A stretch of 64,000 bases of DNA from Balanoglossus misakiensis. Its lineage: Eukaryota; Animalia; Hemichordata. The translations under genes were made by a program, and so were the position numbers. Positions 31,825 through 44,770 of this stretch are shown piece by piece; position 1 is the first letter of the stretch, and the number at the start of each line of letters is the position of its first letter. The stretch is from assembly GCA_040954595.2 (NCBI GenBank), contig CM082592.2, forward strand, positions 1,240,001-1,304,000, in the 5' to 3' direction. Under the pieces are notes generated by a model. It did not search any database and was not told where the DNA came from. It saw only the letters and a program-made list of their open reading frames with translations.

Positions 31825-31930
31825 CACACATACATACATACATACATACATACATACATACATACATACATACATACATACGCAACCGATCCCATAAGGT
31901 CCCATGGTACATACCAATGGGACCTAAAAA
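31368..31930 (-). mobile_element. HINE-like family A, full copy
   Basis: AAAAATAGCGTCAAGGACAC..GGTCCCAT at one end; (CATA)n tract and GGTCCCATGGTACATACCAATGGGACCTAAAAA hairpin at the other. Confidence 0.68.
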
Positions 31931-32799
31931 TAACACCGGCGGGCACAGCATTATTGTATTTGTCGAGAATAGTGTTCATCATGCCATAAATATTGTCAAA
32001 AATATGCGTTAATTATAGAAACCCAAATAAATATACAAACAGTTGACCTTTAGATCGGTAAATGGAAAAGCAGGTCTTATTGCAATTTTCTGGGATTAGG
32101 TGGCCCAACGCTCCGAACAAGTCACTTTGAATGTACTTTCATTCTAATATCTCAATGTGTAGAGATCTGACTTTGCAAGAGATATTGCGAAAAGCTTCAT
32201 TTCATTTAATAGCATGAAGTAAGCGAAATCTTACTCTTTACAGAAAAGTTGTGATCCTGAAGACTTTTTGTGTTTTGAAGCTTATTTTCACCCTTTTCAT
32301 TTTATTCTTTGATTTTGGGGGTTCAAAAATACACACAATAACATGTCAAAATAGAACTGCTGACTATCATCAAGGTGCGATTAAATTTATTGATAACTTG
32401 AGCAATACAAAGCACTTCAAGCGACTTCATCAAAACGCTCTCCGAAGGACAAGTAGTGGATGAATAGTTTGAAACGGATTTTGATTCCTAACATCTATCT
32501 ATATATATGCAACCTAGACATAGTTAGTTTCTATAGTAACTTGAAAAAAAAACAATCAACTGTCCTGATACTTGCTTTCTGCCACCATTTCATAGGGAAG
32601 TGATTCTTTATTTGCATGAATCATTTGATCAAGATAAAATAGAAAAGCTGGATTCTGCGCTGATTCAACATAGTCGAGTAAACTGGTCAGAACAATTTAT
32701 AAGGTTGAGAAACAAGATGCCGTTTTTTCCTGGGTTGACTAAATTTAGAATTTTGTTCGTCAAAGATATTTTTATGGGGAAAATAACGAATCAACAGAG

Positions 32800-33608
32800 C
32801 TTTACTTGTTAAACTTTTATCACAAAATGCACAAATGTTATGAAAATTTTGTTTATGCCAGGCCACTATTATAATATATCTATGGTTATACAGTGTTTTA
32901 ACTAAGTTTGTTGTAACCGCGTTTATTACCTAACTTGAATTTCGCTAGCGACTGAATCTCGATCCTGTATTTATCCCTGTAACTACTTTAGTGATGATAA
33001 ATTCTTTGCAAATTACTCTTTGAGTAGTTTCTTGTTTCAATATTGTAATATGAATTTATGTTGGTGTTTTATAATAGTTATTTTGTGGGTGAGATAATCT
33101 GTATTGGTGGCCATTTTGAAAAAAAAAGAAAAAAAAAATGGTTGTCATGGAAACTCGTGAACAGATATTTAGTGGCTCGCTATTTGAATTTGTTAGGTAC
33201 ACATTAACGCACATCTGAGCCAAGTTTGGTGCTTTTATCACAAAATGCATTATCGATCTGTTATGCCGCTCCACTGTAGACGTTAAACTGTGTTTTATCC
33301 TTTATTCTGTATCTATAACTATTTCGGTGACCACAAATACTTTGCAAATCACCCTTTCTATAGTTTCTTGTTTCAAATATCATAATCTGAAATTACCTTG
33401 GTGTTCTTTAGTCGTTATTAGATGGGTAAGATTAATGTAGTGGTGGCCATTTTGAAAAATGGTTGCCATGGCTACCCGTTAAAAGATATTAAGTGGCTCG
33501 CTATCTGAATTTGCTTAGTACACAGTAACACACATCTGAGCCAAATTTGGTGCTTTTTATCACAAAATGCATAATCGCTATGAAAATTGGGGTTTGGCCG
33601 CTCCACTA
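32800..33608. repeat. Imperfect tandem copies (~330 bp) of a transposon end terminating in GCCGCTCCACTA (TAG-ended, Academ-like)
   Basis: GAGCCAA.TTTGGTGCTTTTATCACAAAATGCA recurs at ~33217 and ~33538, with a partial copy at ~32815. Confidence 0.5.
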
Positions 33609-34052
33609 TTACTACGTCCATGTGCAGAGCACTTCTCCTCAATGGCTTTGGCGATGAAAATCTCATCACTTGAATCTAGGATTGGTTTTAGCTCCAGCAC
33701 CAAGTTTCTTCATCTTTAAGTGATATGGCTAGTTTCTTCTTTCTTGACTGATTGCTATATTACACAGTCTTGCAAATTTTACAAAACTCTACCTGAAAAG
33801 GTGGTCGAACATTTCGTTGAATGGTGTCAGTAGCTGTCTATGGCGAGCATCAGACAAACCGCCACACTGAAGTTCACCAGGAAATCTTCCCTGTGGTGGC
33901 AGCCAGTGCACACCATTTCTTACCAATTTTACCTCAGTTTGAATTTGGTCATGGTCCTCCCTTACATAAACTATACCTGGATTACTTTTGTTGAACCTAA
34001 AATGATGATATGTTCTTATACCCTATAGTGGTTTAAGATATTCAGAGAATAA

Positions 34053-34655
34053 TAGAATCTCACACTCCCAAGGACACACGAGTTGGGGATTTTTTGGGAC
34101 AAAATATCCCAGACGAGTGTGAGAAATATGATCCCAGGTCCTTGGTGTGTGAGATTCTTTTTCTCACATGACCATAAATTTGCGATATTAACGTTTATTT
34201 ACAATAAAAGAACTAAATCTATAAAAATACCAACTGATAACTGCATGACCGGTCATATATTGAACCGCCCCGCAAAACATAGTCCCCATTTTATCACGAG
34301 TTTACAGTACACGCATGCCATAAAAATGTGCTCAACACATTAAAATATGGAGATTGTTTCCAGTGGCATAAATTCGTGCGATATCTAGAAAATACAACTG
34401 TTTTTTTTAGTCTGTCGCCAACCACGTACACCACTGTCGTCTTCACATGACCTGATCACATTGTAGTTCTGGTTTGTGTACAACACATCGCACAATTGGA
34501 TAATATTTGCTCGTTCTGAGGGGTATGGATATCATTATCCAATCAGAGCTCGTGTCAGATAACAGTTGTCTGTGTGCGCATTAACACAGAGTGTGGGGTC
34601 AATTTGATCCCACACTCTCTATCCCACACTCCCAGCGGCCAGGAGTGTGAGAAAA
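34053..34655. mobile_element. ~600-bp MITE inserted in the decayed Sola transposase
   Basis: Inverted ends TCTCACACTCC / GGAGTGTGAGA; the Sola reading frame (WYQWD | FSEYLKP) continues on both sides. Confidence 0.6.
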
Positions 34656-36610
34656 GGGAATCCCACTGATACCATTGCCTTGAGTGATCGGATTGCGATG
34701 ATTCATGAGATTGTTGGCACACATACTGATAAGATTACTCAATTGATCCATTGTGTCAACATCACTACGGCTATACAACTGGCGAATTTTACCAAAGCAT
34801 GCATCACCGATACATTTAGTATGACCAGGCTCCATGAAGAGAATCTGAATCTCATCATGACGCCCAGTGCTGGTTCTCCATAACATATAATGTAGTACAG
34901 ATTTGTTCTTATTTCGACCCCACAGTTGTCTGCATGAAAGGAACACTGTTTCTTACCCAAACTGTGATGTGGAAGATGATGATGCAAAATACTAATTACA
35001 TTATTCGGTCCTGCACTTTTCTTACCATACTGACCTATGCAATATCAGCTTCTGTGTACAAATAATTGATTTGCTCTTTGCATACTTCATTACAAACAGG
35101 GGTACCTAAGAAATTGTATTTCAGAGAAAGAAATTGGTCGTCTTGCTCCCCAACCCGGTAGTTCAGAACTATTTTCCCGTCATTCGGAACCCAGAATCTA
35201 TAATTCAGAACTCGGGTCCCGTAATTCAGACCAGAAACGCGGCGTTCAGAAAGTGGTTTCACGCAATTTCCACCATTGAGGGCGCAAACAAGATGGCCGA
35301 CCACAGTGGAAAGATCGGCAATGGTGAGTATTTTCTGTGATTTCTATATATTTATGACGATTTTTGTCACAAAATATATCGCGTACAGTGTAACTGACCA
35401 AGATGCTTAGCTTTGTAAAGTTTCACTGATCAGTGTTTCGAAATTACAGAGAAATCCGCGTCCCAGCTCTTTTACCGGGCAGCTCTTAGTACATGTACAC
35501 TGTATATACAATGTGTAGTTGTCGTACACGTTTTACAATTACGATCCCTAGCAATTACCTATACATGTACCGTTTGAGTTAGGCAGGCATAATTGATGAT
35601 GGCTTATGGGAAGTAATGTATTTTGAGTTTCCTTTTGAATGAGAGACAGAATAAGGCATTGAACTTTTGTCAATACAGCGTAATGGCAGGCCTATGTTCA
35701 GAAAATTTGATGCAGACAGTGTAGATACATGTATGTGACCACAGATAGCCCCTTCCACCTTGTTCATACCAAGTGTGTGTGTGTTTATCATTGATTAGTA
35801 TAACAAACAAGGAAACATTAATTTTAATTTATTTGTTTGTCTGTTTACAAATATGGGCATGTTTGTTTGTTCATTTTTTTGTAAACAGGCTAAGATTTCC
35901 TGGTATGTTAGGGAATAGGGTTCACGTGCAGTGGGATTGGGGTCACGTCCCCTCTCTCGCGAGTACCCCATATTGCAAATGTTTACTTTTAGTACATGTA
36001 TTGTCGCCTCGGTCTTCAAGCAAATTTCAGACCTTCACATCCATTAAAATTGAATAATTTTCTCCATGATTTTTTTTCCTTAATTTCTCCATGATTTTTT
36101 TTCCTTAAATGTTTTAACTGTTTTTTTTTATTTTTCCATAGCAATGCAAGTTCTGCACAATATTGAATGCAGTGAAGCTTTGGATTGAAAGCCATGATCA
36201 ATGCTCATCTGACTGAAGTCTATTCCGAGAAGAAATAGTACCACTTGGATTCATATGTTGTTTGTTCTTGTTAATCAAGATATTTCGAAAACACAAATTT
36301 ATACAAATTGAGACGATGAGCACAGAGAGCAGCCAGCATATTATTTAATGTTTTATCAGTTATTGTTTGATTGTTAAAAAATAAATCCTCTGCCAGTGGG
36401 GTACTACGCCACCTTTACCCCTCAGTCCATGTCTGTCCACTATCACCACTGTTTATATCTAAAGAAACAGCCCCTATAGTATATCTGTTAAAATGTTCCA
36501 GCTAAAGCACACTGACCAGTTTCTCAAAGAGATTCCCATTCACATAGTAACCCCTGCACAAACAGCTGGCTTTTATATGGCTGACCACGCAATGTTTGTG
36601 TAGGGATTAA

Positions 36611-38900
36611 GGTAGATGGAAAGGCTAGGGCGTCAGTTAAAATTTCATTTAAGGTGGCATTGCATGAAAAGTTGTGATTTTTGCCAAATTTTACTTTTTT
36701 ACATAAATCGGTAGGCCTAATACTGACCCACAACCTGACTAATACGTCTTGGCGGAAATGGTGCATAATCACCCCAAAATAGCACTTTTCTGAATGAGTT
36801 CACAGCTTAACAAATAGGTGTCAACAATGCAAATAGCCGTTTTTCTCAGTTTGCATTTTCGCTGCTCTTGACAACTTCGGACTATAATAGCTTCGCCCTG
36901 CGTTGGCCGAATTTGCTCAAATTTTGACAGGGAATTGTGTATGACCCATCCAACAAAACGCTAGTTTTGTTTGTCGATAAAGTGTCCCTGGCGGGAATAA
37001 ACTCTGATTCAATACAACTCACCGTGAATTTGATCAAATTTTCTAAAAAATCTAACTTTTAAACGCTGTTACTCCTCAATGGAAGCAGATAACGCAAAAC
37101 AAAATTAGCGTTTTTTTTGCACGTGTACTCTAGTTTTGAATGACATATTAAGATGCATGATGCATGGTCAACTTTTTTACCTATTTTAAATTTCATGACA
37201 TAATATCAAAAAATGGTTTTTTTCACCCAAAATCGTCCACATTTCTGGGGATCAATAATATTTGCAACTCAAACAAAAGTTCAAAATCTCAGCTTCCAGA
37301 ATATATATGGTTTATGGGGGTTTTAACTTTTTCTTTGATGAGAAATAGGCCTCTGAAAAAGTCTCGACGGTTTCATGCAGTGCCACCTTAAAACACTGAA
37401 TTTATATCTAGAAATGTATTAGAGAAAAATTAAACTTATGAAAAATTCGGGGCAATAAACGTGTAACAAGATATGGCTGGTTTTATGATACCTAATTTCA
37501 TACATCTGGCAAGGAAGCTAGGGAGCCTTATTTGAGCGCCCTCTAGGGGAAGACTTCTCCTAGGCTATGCGCACAAGGACGGGTTCCCCTAGCCAAGGGC
37601 ATTTAAATGTAACTTGCAAACACTGATTCTTGCAATTTTCAGCGATAGATAACCTTGCTTGTTTATTAAAGGCTGCCAAATTATGGACATTTTTGCATTT
37701 CTAGGGAACCCGAAAGGCCAGCGGAAAAGCGTTTGACCCAGATAAATGCAATCCTTCGCCGTGAACTGCCGCTAAACTTTGCGTATTTCGCTACTTTTCT
37801 GCCCTTCGCCATAATGTTATGGTTTTATTTGTGATTGAATTGGTATGCCAGATATTTTTTTTATCATGAAACTTTCAGGAAAGGCTCGGGACATCCCAAA
37901 GAACAGTTTTTTCATAAGTTTTCCCGTTGTGTTTTGGCAGCACGTTAAAGGTCTCATGCCATGCCCTATACAACCACGCGTAAAATCACTATTTGGGTCT
38001 TGAAGTTAACGTATGTTACTATCTTGCAATGCGTTTTGCCCCTTGTGCTTAGATAACAAGCAAGTAAAAGTGGCGGGTGGGCGTGTACCCCTAACCCAAC
38101 TCAGTCGAGTTTTTTCGGCTTTTCGAAGTTAAGCCGAAGACTTATCTTGATGTGGACAAATAGTCTTTCACACCTTCGCAAATCCTCTGCCTGTAATGTG
38201 AGGCAAGGGCTTCCTTTGCTTTGAACACTGTTTATATAGCTTGTCTTTGTCTGTGGACTTAATTACTCATGGACCGATAATTACACTTTACTGTAAACAG
38301 AATGGTACACTACGACATAGTGTACTTGTTTGTCCATATGCAAATACCTTCGCCTGGCTCGAGTGCGAAGTGGCTCCCCGATCACAGGCATGAAAAAAGG
38401 GGACAAATTCCGGCATTCGCGCACATTTTTCGGAACCGACACAGTAGGCAATGCATAGACAGGTACCCTAGGTGAGCTTTTGACGTGGAAAAATGAAAAC
38501 TTTCCAAAGCATGACATGAGACCTTTAAAGTTGTATACAAAATATCAACAAAAACTGTGTTTTCCTGAGTGATAACTTTGAAAAAAATAAGTTTATGCTG
38601 AAAGTGTCCTGTACATTGCTGGAGGGGTTGCTTCATATTAAAATGAATACAAATTATTCAATAATTTGCGAAAACATGTCAAGATTCAATCAATATTTTG
38701 TAAAATTATGAATATTTATATTTAGGCGTATCAAATTTCAAAATTTTAGCAGATATTTTTACAGTCATATTTTTCCCTCACTTTTTAGTTTGTTAAGAAT
38801 ACATGCTGCAAATTTCAGGTCATTATCTTTATTCTAACTTGTGAAAATAAATTCACAAACATTGAGAGAATTTGCTTCAAAAATAGCCTTTCCAACTACC
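36611..38900. mobile_element. Kolobok-like non-autonomous element (TTAA TSD)
   Basis: TTAA|GGTAGATGGAAAGGCTA ... TAGCCTTTCCAACTACC|TTAA. Confidence 0.8.
36653..37387. mobile_element. Kolobok-like MITE nested in the previous element
   Basis: TTAA|GGTGGCATTGCATGAAA ... TTTCATGCAGTGCCACC|TTAA. Confidence 0.82.
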
Positions 38901-41900
38901 TTAATCACATGTGAATGGTGATCTCTGGGAAAAACTGGTCAGTGGATTTTAGCTTGGACACTTTAACTGAAAGGGACTGTTTCTTTAGATATATACACTG
39001 ATACGGATCAGTGGACAGACATGGGCCTAGGGGTAAAGGTGGTGTAGTACCCCAATGGCAGAGGATTTATTTATTAACAATCAAACAATAACTGATAAAA
39101 TATCAAATAACATGCTGACTGCTCTCAGACTCTGTGCTCTTATCGTATAAATTTGTTTTTGAATAAAATAAACAAACAATATATCTTTTGATGTGGCCAT
39201 CAGTTTCCGATAGTATGTTGCACATGAAATAGAGGCAGATAATTGTTTAACTTGGAACACTTATTTCTTTAACAAAACCTTTTATAAATGAGAACTTCCT
39301 ATGACCATTAAAATATTTTTTTGAAAGTTACTGTCATGTGCACTGTCTCTTGTCTATTTATGCTTTATACCTGATTGTTCACAATTTTCTACATTAAAGG
39401 CAAAAGGTGTTTGGATAAAACAATACAGACACATCAAATGAAGTTGAAAGTCTTTTAATTACACAAATACAATCTATATCACACTTAATGTGCTCTGCCA
39501 TTTTTTATTAGCTGACTCCTATAACACTTCAGGTATCTTGCCCTCAACTTCATCACCAAAAACTCCATCTGTCTTAGTCCCCTCACTAGATGGTACTTCA
39601 TCTGATCTAGTACCAACATTTCCTTCACCAGATTCGAAAGAGCTTGTTGAAATATGACTTCTTAAACTGACAGCTTCACTGCATTCAATATTTTGCAGAA
39701 CTTGCATTGCTATGGAAAAATAAAACAAGTAAAAACATTTAAGTAAAAGAAATCATTGAGAAAATTACTCAATTTTAATGGACATGAAGGTTTAAAATTT
39801 GCCAGAAGAGTGAGGCAACAATACTAAAAGTAAACATCCCTAACCCTAACATACCCTAACCTCAACCTGTTTACAAACAAATGAACAAACAAACATGCCC
39901 ATATTTGTAAACAAACAAACAAACAAACAAACAAACAAACAAACAAACAAATAAATTAAAATTAATGTTTCCTTGTTTGTTATACATGTATTAATCAATG
40001 ATAAACACACACACTTGGTATGAACAAGGCGGAAGGGGCTATCTGTGGTCACATACATATATCTACACTGTCTGCATCAAATTTTCTGAACATAGGCCTG
40101 CCATTATGCTGTATTGACAAAAGTTCAATGCCTTTATTCTGTCTCTCATTCAAAAGGAAACTCAAAATACATTACTTCCCATAAGCCATCATCAATTATG
40201 CCTGCCTAACTCAAACGGTACATGTATAGGTATTTGCTAGGGATCGTAATTGTAAAACGTGTACGACAACTACACATTGTATATACAGTGTACATGTACT
40301 AAGAGCTGCCCGGTAAAAGAGCTGGGACGTAGATTTCTCTGTAATTCCGAAACACTGAACCGTGAAACTTTACAAAGCTAAGCATCTTGGTCAGTTACAC
40401 TGTACGCGATATATTTTGTGACAAAAATCGTCATAAATATATAGAAATCACAGAAAATACTCACCATCGCCGATCTTTCCACTGTGGTCGGCCATCTTGT
40501 TTGCGCCCTCAATGGTGGAAATTGCGTGAAACCACTTTCTGAACGCTGCGTTTCTGGTCTGAATTACGGGACCCGAGTTCTGAACTATAGATTTTGGGTT
40601 CCGAATGACGGGAAAATAGTTCTGAACAACCGGGTTGGGGAGCAAGACGACCGATTTCTTTCTCTGAACTACAATTTCTTAGGTACCCCTGACAAACACC
40701 AAAACAAAAACAACTTTTGATGGACTAAGAAAATACAATGGACCAACTTGTCTTGACTGATGGGGGAGTAAAAAATGTACAGAAGACACATTTTGTGAAC
40801 AAGGACTGTGGCAACCAGGAATTTACTATGCTAAGGTAACATTGCATATTCTTCCTGTGATTTCTTAACACAACTCTTATAAAATACTCTCCTTCTTTGT
40901 GCTTTCATGCCATGCAGATTATAGTTAGATGTCAATAACAATTTATCATCTTATGGTGCAGCAAACATTATCTTATTTCTGAACTCCTCACATGTCGTAC
41001 ATACATCAGTTGTGGGTGAAATAGTTTGAACATGAGGTAAACAAGCTTTTCAAATGTTCTTAAAAGTGATCTATAGGTGGCTGTGTCTGTTCACATGACT
41101 CTACATATGCTGTACAAACCCTCTCCTTGGTGACACTGGATGGTAAGAAGATGTGGGAGTGCCTTTATTTCTTCGTGGTACTGCGGGCATGGGCAAACCA
41201 AATTCACTGGAATACTCGGCGATGAATTGTACTACTAGTTAGTTACAATTATCAAACAGTGAAATCATGGCCTACAAATAAATCACACCAGTTGTAAATA
41301 AGTGGTCTCTGATTAATTCATAATCTCTGCATCATATATTTAAGAAAATAAATTAATATAAAATGCTACATATATGTATTGTAAATATTTGTGATCATAC
41401 ATATCCATATTCTAAGGTTCATAGGTCGAATGTTCAGTGTTTACAGTGCCAGTGATTATCCTGATATTTCAGGGTAATTAACATGCTGATAGAAAGTTTA
41501 CACTCTGGAAATATTATGTCTCAGGAAGATCATATGAAAATTTCATAAAATAGTATCTAGGCTTTATATAGTAACTAATTTTCTCAAAAATGTTTTATTA
41601 TATGGTAAATTTTTCTTGATACATATATAAGGGTTAAAATTGATTTCATTCTTACAACAAATGAAAAAGCATTGTGGGCTTTTTCCCCCTTCAAGCCATG
41701 TTCTCCACTTTCCTTGTAATGAGATTTTAGAGACGTGTAACTCCAAACACTTAGAATGTAAGAAATAGACGAGGAAAATTTTAGTAAAGTAAAGAGACCA
41801 TATGTGTATATTTTACAAGCAAGCTTGTCAAAGAACACCAAGAGGATTGGACATTGTGCATGGGTATGATTGTCAAAAATAACAATTGTTGATTCATGTG

Positions 41901-42118
41901 AACAAACCACTCTGAGCAAAACAAAACAACATCACTGAATACCTGCTTTGAAGGCGGGGCATCATGTGTGGGGCCGGTTACAGTGAACCTGAGGATCTGT
42001 GCCCAATCACTGACAGCCCAGAGTTATTGAGAGCAAGCTTTGCAAAACACCAACTCACAAAACATTGTTAAGCGATTGCAAGGAAGGAAATGCAGACTAT
42101 CTTGTACGTGTTATGATA

Positions 42119-44770
42119 ATTACGGGCCCAAGCCAAGCCAGGCTTGGGCCCGTATTGGTTTCGTTGGGGTTTTTAGGGCCCAAGCGCACGCAAGCGCTTG
42201 GGCCCTATTGGTTTCGTTGGAATTTTTCTTTCTTTCCGTCTTTCTTTATTCTTGTGTCAATTCTTTGGGCAACGAGATCTCAGACACCGCTGCAGGTACA
42301 CTTCTCAAACTTGCTACAGTGGTCAAGGTCAATGAGTAGATGTGCAGTGACTTGTGAATACTTAATTAGTCACGTGACCTGGCGGCCATATTGGATTTTC
42401 TGAAAAAAATCAAATCTCAGATCTCAGAAACTACAAGTCAGATCGACTTCAAATTTGGCATGCAGGTAGACTACCTTCTACCCATCATTTTTGTAATTGG
42501 AAATTTTGCTGTCAATGTTGCAGTTTTTTTGCTACAATTTTTTTTCTGAAATCTGGCTTAAATTTCAAAAATCTTCTTCTCCAGAACCGGTGATAACCGA
42601 GACACGGGGTTTGGGGTATGTGGTCACCTAACTGATGTCTATCAAGTTTGCGAAGATCATTGTGATTGGTCGGAGATTATGGCGGCCATATTGGATTTTC
42701 GAAAAACCATAGTTAAACTCCAAAAATCTTCTTCTCCAGAACGGGCGATAACTGAGTCGCAAGATTTGGGGAGTATGGTCACTATACTGATGTCTATCAA
42801 GTTTGCAAAGAGCATTGTGATTGGTCGAAGATTATGGCGGCCATATTGGATTTTGTAAAAAGCAGTGAAAAATTAAAATTCCTTTTTCTAGTGTAAAAAT
42901 TGATAGCATACAAATTCTTTTTATGGATATCAATCGTCATATGACTACAATATGTTACAAATTTTTGGCGATTTTTCACATGACCTTTGACCTACTTTTC
43001 ACACATTATTATTTCTGTATATCTAATTCCAGGCTAACCTATAGGGCTAGACGTTTGGGTTTTGATGCATGTGGATTAGTGTGTGATCAAAAAAATTTGC
43101 TACTTTTCATGACACCTTTGACCTCTGCTGACCTCATTAGTTATGTGCATAGCTAATTACAGGCGAACCAATAGAGCTAGAGGTTTGGTTTTTGTTGGAC
43201 ATGGACCAGTATGGGATCAAAATTTTTTGCCCAAATGTTGGGTGACCTCTGGTAACCTTTGACCTACTTTCGCATATCTCAGCATCCAGAGCAGATACAG
43301 CCATGGCATTTAGTAGGATGGGACCATAATGTAAAGCCACATTTTTGGGTCACCTGTGACACCTGCTGACCTCATTAAATATGCACATACCTAATTACAG
43401 GTGAACCAATAGAGCTAGAGTTTTGGTTTTTGTTGGACATGGACCAGTATGGGTAAAAAAAAATTGCCCAAATGTTGGGTGACCTCAGGTGACCTTTGAC
43501 CTACTTCACCCTATTTCAGCAGAAAAAATACACACGTCCTTGTTATGTCATGAGATAATACATCCGATAGAAAATTCTGTTTCTTCTCATTCATACTGTG
43601 CATATATAATTCAAGATCAGCGCTTGGGCCCGACAATGCTGCTTGCAGCTTTAATTCTTTCTTTCTTTCTTTCTTTCTTTATTCTTGGTTCATTTCTTTC
43701 GCGCTCTAGATCTCAGACACCGCTGCAGGTACAGTTCTCAAACTTGCTACAGTGGTCAAGGTCAATGAGTAGATGTGCAGTGACTTGTGAATACTTAATT
43801 AGTCACGTGACATGGCGGCCATATTGGATTTTCTGAAAAAATGCAAATCTCAGATCTCAGAAACTACAAGTCAGATCGACTTCAGATTTGGCGTGCTGGT
43901 AGTATACCCTCTACCCATCATTTTTGTAATTGGATATTTTGCTGTCAATGTTGCAGTTTTTTTGCTACAGTTGTTTTTCTGAAATCTGGTCAAAATTTCA
44001 AAAATCTTCTTCTCCAGAACCGGCGATAACCGAGTCACGCCGTTTGGGGTATGTGGTCACCTAACTGATGTCTATCAAGTTTGCGAAGATCATTGTGATT
44101 GGTCGAAGATTATGGCGGCCATATTGGATTTTCGAAAAACCATAGTAAAACTTCAAAAATCTTCTTCTCCAGAACGGGCGATAACCGAGTCACAAGATTT
44201 GGTGTGTGTGGTCATTAAACGGATGTCTATCAAGTTTGCGAAGGGGAATATGATTGGTCGAAGATTATGGCGGCCATATTGGATTTTGTGAAAAACGATT
44301 AAAAAGTAAAAATTCCTTTTCTAGCCTAAAAATTGATAGCACAGAAATTCTTTTTATGGATATGAATCATCATATGACAAGAATAACCTATAAATATTTT
44401 GATAATTTTGGCAATGACCTTTGACCTACTTTTGACGAATCATTTTTCTGCATATCTAATTCCAGGCTAACCAATAGGGCTATAAGTTTGGTTTTTGATG
44501 TATGTGGATTTGTATGTGATCAAAAAATTTTGCTACTTTTCATGACCCCTTTGACCTCTGGTGACCTCATTAAATATGCATATACCTAATTACAGATGAA
44601 CCAATAGACCTAGAGGTTTTGCTTTTGTTATACATGGACCAGTATGGGGTCAAAATATTTTGCCCAAATGTTGGGTGACCTCGGGTGACTTTTGACCTAC
44701 TTAACACTATATTAGCATCAGATCAGATAATAGAGCTTGGGCCCGGACAATGCTGCTTGCAGCTTTAATT
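42119..44770 (+). mobile_element. Two nested HINE-like elements, family B (inner copy ~42170-43656)
   Basis: Two consecutive heads GGGCCCAAGC..GCTTGGGCCC-TATTG, two homologous bodies with internal ~135- and ~240-bp repeats, and two tails GCTTGGGCCCG..ATGCTGCTTGCAGCTTTAATT. Confidence 0.75.

Larger units (their letters stand above)
35097..40691. mobile_element. Foldback-type DNA element with very long inverted arms, CAG termini and a 5-bp TSD
   Basis: Ends CAGGGGTACCTAAGAAATTGTA; TSD ACAAA (35092-35096 and 40692-40696). Arms are near-identical for ~790 bp and recognisably homologous out to ~36545 and ~38909. Removal restores Sola FGVCNE. Confidence 0.88.

Noticed and set aside
35097-40691. 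ProtoRAG/Transib identity for the 5-bp-TSD element with convergent exons
   Set aside because: The termini are CAGGGG, not CAC/RSS-like, and no RAG1- or RAG2-like coding sequence is visible.
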